Shown here in pieces: positions 55,128 to 64,000 of a stretch of DNA of 64,000 bases. How positions within the stretch are numbered: position 1 is the stretch's first letter; every line of letters begins with the position of its first letter. The position numbers and the translations under genes were made by a program. Source of the stretch: Octopus vulgaris (Eukaryota); the NCBI GenBank assembly GCA_951406725.2, contig OX597825.1, positions 78,678,001-78,742,000 of the forward strand. Direction: 5' to 3'. The notes under the pieces were generated by a model. That model saw only the letters and a list, made by a program, of their open reading frames with translations, did no database searches and had not been told where the DNA came from.

Positions 55128-56263
55128 GTAAAACATCGGTGCCGTGTGGTTAATAAATTTCAATTTGCTTCCCAACCTCTCGCTTTTGGGTTCAGCCAAT
55201 GCTTTGTGAGGGAGGTTTAATAAATGGAAACTGTACAGAAGCCTGTCGTATCAGTTGTACATAGATAGACAGCCATATAGCTATTTTATATATGCGTATG
55301 TGTGTGTGTATAAATATATTACATTATATATGTGTGTGTGTACGTATGTGTATATGTAGGTATGCATGTATGTGCATGTATGTATGTATGGATGGGTGGA
55401 TGGATGGATACACTCTTTTAGCATTTAATACTTTTTAACCCTTTTTTTTTTTGTTTTGTGGAACTGCAGTAATCGATTAAACCCATTTTAACCCATTTCT
55501 CAAAAAAGGTCGCTGGTTTTGTGCCTAAATTAGAAACATCATCATCATCATCATCATCATCATCTTATTTCCAAGCAAAGTAATATTTCCCCCATAACCA
55601 GACATGTTTTCACGGAAGATTGGAAACGAAGGCCTCTGCTTGTATGACGGTGACATTCATTTACTACTGTTACCCGATGACACGGTAGGGAGACAGTAAC
55701 ACACACACACACACAATTATTTTTCTTGTTGTTGCTACTATTATTGTTATCAATATTGATATTGTTGTTGTTGCTGCTGCTGTTGTTGTTGTTGCTACAT
55801 ATTTGTACTTTGGTGAAAAACGAACTTCTTTTTCGTCCACTCTCTCCACATCGTTGAATATCACCACGCTTGTCAGAAAATGAATTTATTCTATTTCTTT
55901 ACATGTTTGTCTAGCATAAACCTATTCTGAAAGACAAACTAATTTCATTTAATTAATTTTACGATAAAACAGAATTTAATCTAACCTTTAGAACACTGTT
56001 TGGGTTCGCTTTCCCTTGCAATCACACGATGCCAACCAAATAATGCTCATTAAAAGCAAAAAAAACACAAACATTTCTGCAAATCATGGAGCAAAAAACT
56101 CAAACAAGCCAGCTTTGTAGTGAAATATACCGTAAATCCTCGAGTATAATCCGCATTTGTTTCCCAAAATTTAAATGTCAAAATCCCTAGTGCGTACTAT
56201 ATACGAGGTTAAAAATGAAAAATATTTTCTAAGCAATGTCCGAGTCTCTATTTGCTGAGCCGA

Positions 56264-56339
<76 letters not shown>

Positions 56340-56727
56340 CATTTGTGCAGATTTGTATGTGTTGCTTTATGTATGCATTCTCATGCATATAGTTGCATAT
56401 CTAGATATGCTCGTGTATATTTAAATGATAAACTTCTGGAAAGTTTTACAGCTTTCTGCAGTTCCAGTGACGATTTGGATTTGTAGTCTTCAAAATAGCT
56501 TTCTCTTTTCTGGTTTTGAGAAGCCTAATTTCTCAAAATTGGTATTTAGTCACAATAATTACAGGTATAAACCTGAACTTGTAATCTGGATAGAGTAACT
56601 GTCGATTTCTCAATATGTATGCATGTATTTTGTCCCTTAGGGGCAGCAAAGATTATCAGGAGGGTTTTAAACACTTGAAAGTCAGCTGAAAACTTGTGGA
56701 TACCTAAGGTTACCCGCTACCCACATA

Positions 56728-56827
56728 NNNNNNNNNNNNNNNNNNNNNNNNNNNNNNNNNNNNNNNNNNNNNNNNNNNNNNNNNNNNNNNNNNNNNNNNN
56801 NNNNNNNNNNNNNNNNNNNNNNNNNNN
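56728..56827. other. Assembly gap (100 N) in CCDC63 intron 5
   Basis: N run; CCGCTACCCACATA occurs on both sides, suggesting overlapping contig ends. Confidence 0.98.
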
Positions 56828-56937
56828 CCGCTACCCACATAAATCCTGCCAGGAATAAGACCGAACCTGAACCAAACCAAAATAATAATAACAACAACAA
56901 CAACAACAACAACAACAACGATGAAGATGACGATGAC

Positions 56938-57006
<69 letters not shown>

Positions 57007-57048
57007 GGTGGTGATGATGATGATGATGAATGAAGCATAAGTTCTTAC

Positions 57049-57236
57049 CTCTTTTCTGTCGCCATGCAAGAGTTCCCGAATCTTCTTGTCGTTCTCTGGA
57101 TTTCAGATTCATAAAATCTCGCAACTTTCGATCATGGTCAATGATGCGTACCAATTCCTTCATGTCAGCATGGTGCTGTGCGATGTCTTTCTCAGACTTT
57201 TCTCCAATAACAACCATTCGGTTCTGCGCATCTTCC
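57049..57236 (-). CDS. CCDC63: CCDC63/ODAD1 exon 5
   Basis: catcag| acceptor, |gtaaga donor; EDAQNRM...EKDIAQHHADMKELVRIIDHDRKLRDFMNLKSRER. Confidence 0.93.
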
Positions 57237-57799
57237 CTGATGTTTTGCAGAAACAAAATTAGTAATTAGACAAGCAGTAAGATATATTTATATATATACA
57301 TATACTTATATTTGTATGTATGTATGTATGTATGTATGTATGTATGTATGTATGTATGTATATATACAGGTGCAGAAGTGGCTGTGTGATAAGTAGCTTG
57401 CTTACCAACCACATGGTTCCGGGTTCAATCCCACTGCGTAGCACCTTGGGCAAGTGTCTTCTACTATAGCCTCGGGGGCCGACCAAAGCCTTGTGAGTGG
57501 ATTTGGTAGACGGAAACTGAAAGAAGCTCGTCGTATGTGTGTGTGTGCGTGTGTGTGTGTGTGTCCCCGTGTTTGTCCCCCACCATCACTTGACAACCGA
57601 TGTTGGTGTATTTACGTCCCCGTAACATTAGCGGTTCGGCAAAAGAGACCAATAGAATAAGTACTAAGCTTGGCATGCAAAGAATAAGTCCTGGGGGGGG
57701 GGTCGATTTGTTCGACTAAATGTAGTGCTCCAGCATGGCTGCAGTCGAAATGACTGAAACAATTAAAAGAATAACAGAATAAAATAATATACATATACG

Positions 57800-57800
<1 letters not shown>

Positions 57801-57847
<47 letters not shown>

Positions 57848-57911
57848 TGTGTGTATTTGTGTGTGTTTGTGTGTGTGTGTGTGTCTGTATGTTTGTCTGT
57901 GTGTCTGTGTG

Positions 57912-57967
<56 letters not shown>

Positions 57968-58123
57968 TGTGTGTTTGTGTGTGTGTGTGTCTGTATGTTT
58001 GTCTATGTGTCTGTGTGTGTGTGCGTGTGTCTGTGTGTATGTGTGTGTGTGTTTGTGTGTGTGTTTGTGTGTGTTTGTGTGTGTGTGTGTGTGTGTGTCT
58101 GTATGTTTGTCTGTGTGTCTGTG

Positions 58124-58154
<31 letters not shown>

Positions 58155-58275
58155 TTGTGTGTGTGTGTTTGTGTGTGTGTATGTCTGTATGTTTGTCTGT
58201 GTGTCTGTGTGTGTGTGCGTGTGTCTGTGTGTGTGTGTGTGTATGTGCGTGTTTGTGTGTGTGTGTGTGTGTGTA

Positions 58276-58369
<94 letters not shown>

Positions 58370-58378
58370 TGTGTGTGT
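57801..58378. repeat. (TG)n with higher-order variant blocks
   Basis: Direct reading. Confidence 0.95.
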
Positions 58379-58489
58379 AGCTTAGTGGTTAGAGCATTCG
58401 GCTCACGATCCTCAGGTTGTGTCCGTGAGAAGTCCAATGAGTGAAACAAGTAAAAGACCAAAGCCGTCTGCCCAACAGAATAACTTTAC

Positions 58490-58671
58490 CTGTAACTGTA
58501 GGCTTGCGTTGATTTCTCTACAAGATGAATAATATTCTGACGAATGTGGTGGTACTCTTTCTCGAGTTTTTGATGGATCACATCAAACTTCTCCTTTTCG
58601 GCTTTCAAAGAATCGATTTTTTGGCGCAGGTGGCGGTTTTCAGTCAAATAATGATTGAATTTTTTACATGT
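58490..58671 (-). CDS. CCDC63: CCDC63/ODAD1 exon 4
   Basis: ttgcag| acceptor, |gtaaag donor; TCKKFNHYLTENRHLRQKIDSLKAEKEKF...STQAYSYR. Confidence 0.93.
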
Positions 58672-58890
58672 CTGCAATACAACAAATTATTCAATGTCAA
58701 TAATTAGGGAGTCGTTTACATTTGGGTTCCACAACTACCGGACTACAAACCAGTGTCAAACCGCAGAGAAAGAATACATCCTAAAATGTTATATCTATTT
58801 TTCTGACTAACGCAGACTGCAGAGTGTTTTTGTATTGTATATTCATTACATATGAAATACATTTGTATTATATACGTAATAATTAAATTA

Positions 58891-59058
58891 TATTCTGTTG
58901 TGTCTGGGGAGAGTCATTTTTTTTTTGTGCCTTATAATATAACACACTTACCTGTAAAATTTCCACTTATTTAGTTTTATTTTCCTAAAATTTTCGCGGT
59001 GATTGTGTTATATTATAAGGCACAAAAAGAAAATGACTCTCTCCAGACAACAGAATAT
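58891..59058. repeat. Inverted repeat (~55-bp arms); a single arm also occurs at 27820-27905
   Basis: TATTCTGTTGTGTCTGGGAGAGTCATTTT...GTGCCTTATAATATAACAC / GTGTTATATTATAAGGCAC...AAAATGACTCTCTCCAGACAACAGAATA. Confidence 0.8.
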
Positions 59059-59776
59059 ACTTCAACAAACGAACTCATATAAAGAATCTTGCAAACCAAA
59101 TCCAAAAACGAAATTTAAAAAATATATTATGCACTTTATCATGTTTTTGTTTTGCTTGTGATCACATGGTGTATGAAAAAATTAACTTGAGTGAAACCGG
59201 TTCGTAATGTAAAAGAGATTGGGGACTACTACTTTGAATGGTCGCTCGATCATCGAAAAACAGCAGTGGAATCACCCCCACTACACACTCATCAACATTG
59301 TTTCATACTCTGCCACCTTTAAAAAAAATGGGTACTGCATTGGATAATACGGTATCCATTGTCTGAAATTAAGGGACGCTGTTCACAGATAGAAGAATGT
59401 CTTTGATCATAGAGAGAATTATCATAACCCAAAGACCTCGAATGGATACTACCAGGCATCTTACCCTTGCTCAGACTTTACCAGTTCGGCCATTCCACCC
59501 CACCAAGACTGGTATTTTTCTTTTTTTTCTTTTCCGACCTCAAAACGAAGAAAATAAAAGCTCACCCCGGCGGGAACACTGAGAGTCAAAACAAATACCA
59601 CAAGGCATTTTATACAACGTTCTAACAATTCTGTCAATTCACTGCCTAGTAAGGGTAACCTTCATGACCTTCGACCTTATGACCCAGAGTACTCAAAGGC
59701 CAGTTTTGTGGTAAATAATTCAAAGTAAATCTTCTATGATATTTTCCAAATCAAACCATTACCAATTTTGAAACAT

Positions 59777-59830
<54 letters not shown>

Positions 59831-59877
59831 TGCGAATGGTTTTCTATACGGCGCCGTTTTTACAATCCTGTAAATAA

Positions 59878-60106
59878 TAATAATACTATTTTTATATAAG
59901 CTTAAATCTTATGCCGATTACCGTGCAATGACTAAGGATAATAGTCTAATAAAGGGGCATATTAGCTCTCGACAGAAAAAAAGGAAGGCTTTCCTATCCG
60001 CGTGGAAGGAAAGCCTTCTTTTTTCTGTCCCTTTATTAGACTATTTTCCTTAGTCATTGCTCGGTGATCACCATAAGCTATAAGCTTATATAAAAATACC
60101 ATTATT
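59878..60106. repeat. Foldback/MITE-like long inverted repeat (~100-bp arms)
   Basis: ...GCAATGACTAAGGATAATAGTCTAATAAAGGG...GAAGGCTTTCCT / AGGAAAGCCTTC...CCCTTTATTAGACTATTTTCCTTAGTCATTGC... Confidence 0.85.
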
Positions 60107-60241
60107 AAATATATATATATATATATATATTGGCCTGCTCGCTTAGCCAGCGGGGTGGCGTCATTCGAAGGCTAAAACAATGCGAACGCATTGTGACCAG
60201 CGATGTGTAACTACATCTGATGGACTGGTCGGTCACGTGAT

Positions 60242-60282
<41 letters not shown>

Positions 60283-60497
60283 TGTACCAACGGATAATGT
60301 CATTAAATGTGGCCTGTCTTGTTTTCGGGTAAAAATGTCTGCTTACAATCAACTTTACTCTGGATCGATAAAATATATACCAGTAATATAATCTGTCTTT
60401 TCGAATAGAGTACAACTCTGTCTTTCCTCTGAAAAATACTGCCTGTTATTCAGTTAAAAAAAAACATATTACCAGTAAATTAATTGCATTCACTTAC

Positions 60498-60679
60498 ATG
60501 ATCCAGCCGATTCTCCATCACTCTGATGGTTTTCTCCACGGCAACGCTATATTTTAAGTTCTTACCAAAGCTGCCATAAATCTGATTCCATTCCTTCTGC
60601 TTCCGCATCCAGTCGGTTAACTGCTGGTCCAAGTCGTTGATTATCTCCCTTACTTTCTGGATATCTAAATCGATATTAT
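60498..60679 (-). CDS. CCDC63: CCDC63/ODAD1 exon 3
   Basis: ttacag| acceptor, |gtaagt donor; DNIDLDIQKVREIINDLDQQL...KTIRVMENRLDH (family motif I..LENRLD). Confidence 0.92.
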
Positions 60680-61541
60680 CTGTAACAGAAAAACACACAA
60701 CAGTATATAGCCTTTGAATTAATCTGTCAGAGAAAATAACACATTGGTATATTCATGGATGTTATTTATAGGAAGTAGTCCATGATAATATATCTAAAAA
60801 TATGATCGGTAAGAGATAATCCGTGATATATAGCCATAGACGAAATAGAAGCAATGCTATAGCGTGGAAGACATAGAGCAAGGAAGGAGATATGAGAGAG
60901 TGATTTAGGAAGGCAGACATGGGGCAGATAGACAGACCGAAGGAGATAGCCACGAGAAAGATAGAACAAAGTAAGTATTCAAAGAAGAAAAGAGAGAGAG
61001 AGAGACAGACAAAGACAGAGAGAGGCAGACAGGCAAAGACCAAGAAAGATACTCATGAAAGATACTAAGGTGGTGAGTTGGCAGAAACGTTAGCACGCCG
61101 GGCGAAATGCTTAGCGGTATTTCATCTGCCGCTACGTTCAGAGTTCAAAGTCCGCTGAGGTCGACTTTGCCCTTCATGCTTTCAGGGTAGATAAATTAAG
61201 TACCAGTTACGCACTGCGGTCGATGTAATCGACTTAATCCCTTTGTCTGTCCTTAATAACCTTCTTTATTTGATTTTCGAGGCCAGTACGGAACTGTAGC
61301 CATAGCACTGTTTGACACAAATATAAACAGCACTTACCCAGAAATCGTTCGGATCCCGGGGGCCCAACGGTAACCCACCAATGAAGTGATATTTAGGAGG
61401 CCCAATATATTGCTTCTCCCAGTGAAGACAATAAATTACTAAAACAACCCTGCAAATGAACAGTACTTTATCATACTCTATTGTACTCTATTGTGCTCTG
61501 TTACCGACCAAACTAAGATTATTCAAATAATTACTCTTTAC

Positions 61542-61672
61542 CTTTTGTTTTAGATAAATTCTTCAATATCGCAGCATTCTTCAAGTCCAAACGTTGGTTA
61601 CTTTCACATTCAGCAAGAGATAGTTCTTTGTTTATTTCTTCCCTCTCCGCTTCCAATATAGAAATTTCATAT
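61542..61672 (-). CDS. CCDC63: CCDC63/ODAD1 exon 2
   Basis: (R)YEISILEAEREEINKELSLAECESNQRLDLKNAAILKNLSKTK; acceptor ccccatcgag| (GAG), donor G|gtaaag; phases 2/1 fit both neighbours. Confidence 0.82.
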
Positions 61673-62953
61673 CTCGATGGGGAAATAGATTAAGATTTTT
61701 ACATTTAAATCTTGAAACAGTCAATCAAAAGCATAAACTCTTAAATTCTCTTTTCTGGTTTCTTAATAATCACGAAATATCAAAAACAAATTTGTCCAAT
61801 CTTTGCGGCTTGCTCAGTGATAAAATTCCACTCCATCTGTTGGTAATCAGTTACAGGTGAGGTTTTGTAAGCGTCTGTGCCTAACCGTGTGGCATAGTGA
61901 TTGCACTCACAAGCATAAGATCGTGATTTCAATTCCTAGGCAGGGCAGTGCGTCACGTTTTTTTTTCTGAGCAAAATATTTACTTCCCTTCATGTTGCTC
62001 CGTCCAATCAACTGTTAATGAGTTGCAGTAATAGCCACGCATGCGCCGCATATTTTTTACATTTACATTTTTACATGTTTCAGTCATTTGACTGCGGCCA
62101 TGCTGGGGCACTGCCTTTAGTCAAACAAATCGACCCCAAGACTTATTCTTTGTAAGCCTAGTACTTATTCTATCGATCTTTTTTGCCGAACCGCTGAGTT
62201 TCAGGGGCATAAGCACACCAACACCAGTTGTCAAACAATGGTGGAGGAACAGAGACACAAAGTCACATACACATAAATATATATACATATATTTGATGGG
62301 ATTCTTTCAGTTTCCATCCACCAAATCCACTCACAAGGCTTTGGTCAGCCCAAGGCTATAATAGAAGACACTTGCCCAAGGTGCCACGCAATGGGACTGA
62401 ATCCGGAACTATGTGGTTGGTAAGCAAGCTACTTACCACACAGCCACTCCTGTGCCTATGAAATTTTGTTGGAAGTTGTTTGGATCACTTTAAAACCAGG
62501 AGTTTGTATCGTAGAACCAAGAGAAGTCTCAGGCAAGATGGTATCAATGGGGTTAGCATGAACTTTTGATGGAAGTTTATATCAAAGTTTATATCAGTTT
62601 CCGTCTACCAAATCCACTCGCAAGACTTTGGTCGGCCCGAGGCTATAGTAGAAGACATTTGCCCAAGGTGCCATGCAGTGGGACTGAACACGGAACCATA
62701 TAGTTGGTAAGCAAGCTACTTATCACACAGCCACTCCTGTGCCTATAAATATAAATATCGGTTTGGTGGTGCAAACAGGAAAAGTAGAACTCAAAATAAG
62801 AGTATATAGAGTATTGATTATCTTCATTTTAACGTGTGTGTTCTCAAAAAACTGACGATACTGTTTTAACCCCAGGAAGATATCTCCACTAGCTGGTTAT
62901 TCAGTACGCTTTCGCACTTGATATTCATTGCAAGCGGGAGAGAACTCCTGCAA

Positions 62954-63000
62954 CCACCAGATCGCGTGATTTCGATCTTATTGGATCTCTTCAGCGGTGG
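62954..63000 (-). ncRNA. Type I hammerhead ribozyme with canonical core, sense to CCDC63 intron 1
   Basis: Minus strand CCACCG-CUGAAGA-GAUC(CAAUAA)GAUC-GAA-AUC(ACGC)GAU-C-UGGUGG: stems I, II and III all pair; cleavage triplet AUC. Confidence 0.85.
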
Positions 63001-63035
63001 GCACTCGTTTGCCAGTCATGGCATTAGTCTGATCT

Positions 63036-63271
63036 AAGGCGGCGAGCTGGCAGAAACGTTAGCACGCCGGGCGAAATGCGTAGCCGTATTTCGTCTGCCG
63101 TACGTTCTGAGTTCAAATTCCGCCGAGGTCGACTTTGCCTTTCATCCTTTCGGGGTCGATATATTAAGTACCAGTTACGCACTGAGGTCGATGTAATCGA
63201 CTTAATCCGTTTGTCTGTCCTTGTTTGTCCCCTCTGTGTTTAGCCCCTTGTGAGGTAATAAAGAAATAGGT
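63036..63271 (+). mobile_element. tRNA-derived SINE with Meta-domain-like centre, 13-bp TSD
   Basis: GGCGGCGAGCTGGCAGAAACGTTAG...GAGTTCAAATTCC...GCCTTTCATCCTTTCGGGGTCGAT; ATTAGTCTGATCT at 63023-63035 and 63272-63284. Other copies: 126-340, 2077-2335, 4108-4470, 29630-30050, 36721-36920, 48633-49270, 50935-51167, 61068-61253. Confidence 0.85.
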
Positions 63272-63488
63272 ATTAGTCTGATCTCGCTTGCAATATATAG
63301 AAAATATAGTGCCATACAATCACAGGTTCTATAACCAGAAGCAATAAGTTTGATAAGTTCTAACGCACGAAACTATACGCCTTTGACTCACTCCGTTGCT
63401 TCTGCTAAATATCAATAAATATACATATATTTTTTTAATACATTGTGATTATAAGGGAAAGGTATAAGTGTTAGAGAGATTTTCTTAC

Positions 63489-63646
63489 CTGTACTTTCGA
63501 AGAATTTTCTGAGTTTTCTCAGTAGAGTCATTTCGATCATTTTCCATTAAATAATATTGCTCTTTGAGTTCTTTGAATTCTCTTAGAGCTTCTTTATCCA
63601 TTTCTGAATCTGTGACGTCAGACCGAGCTGATATGAGGCGTGGCAT
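63489..63646 (-). CDS. CCDC63: CCDC63/ODAD1 (CCDC114)-family outer dynein arm docking complex subunit, coding exon 1 (ATG)
   Basis: MPRLISARSDVTDSEMDKEALREFKELKEQYYLMENDR...; AG|gtaag donor, phase 2; resembles the N-terminus of ODA-DC2 homologues. Confidence 0.85.
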
Positions 63647-63928
63647 TGTTAGTCCGGCAGTCTGGCAGGTTAGTAATCTGGTTGTCTGGTAATCTTATAA
63701 TCTCTAAGCAATTTGGTAATCTTGGAATATGGTAATCCTGTATATGAGACAATTTTCAGAAAAGAATGTCCACAAAAAAGCAATGTGGAATGAAGGGATT
63801 CACAAAGAGTATAAATACATATTGAAACAATATGCAAACGATTTCCATACATATTAGATATTGCCCAAACAATAAATTAAATGAAATATTGTCTCTGTGT
63901 GCTTGTGTGTATGTGTGTGTCTGTGTGT

Positions 63929-63980
<52 letters not shown>

Positions 63981-64000
63981 ACACACACACATATATATAT

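Noticed and set aside
56714-56841. 14-bp direct repeat as a TSD
   Set aside because: It flanks a 100-N gap, so it is more likely an unmerged contig overlap.

Overview
This is AT-rich eukaryotic genomic DNA saturated with microsatellites. The SINE families and repeat landscape look like an octopus (cephalopod); that taxon is inferred, not proven. Almost all ORFs in the supplied track are microsatellite artefacts. Two convergent spliced genes can be reconstructed by hand. (1) On +, the last four coding exons (14307-14600, 17563-17668, 18244-18380, 35379-36623) of a metabotropic-glutamate-receptor-like (class C GPCR) gene. Its Venus-flytrap and nine-cysteine domains run into a ~350-aa Asn/Ser/Thr-rich tail and a stop codon instead of a 7TM domain, suggesting a soluble receptor ectodomain. 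The glutamate-binding Lys (mGlu1 K409 position) appears replaced by Asp. (2) On -, a complete 10-exon, 564-aa CCDC63/ODAD1(CCDC114) outer-dynein-arm docking complex gene (63646-46764) with one GC-AG intron. About 11 hammerhead-ribozyme-like motifs from several Penelope-type families are scattered through the window. One is fully canonical and lies in sense orientation in intron 1 of the CCDC63 gene. Also present are a 3-kb composite satellite with internal inversions, multimeric tRNA-derived SINEs with a fixed junction, a cluster of R4/Dong-like retrotransposon ends, a non-autonomous Helitron, mariner, Penelope, Tx1 and RTE remnants, foldback elements and one 100-N gap.
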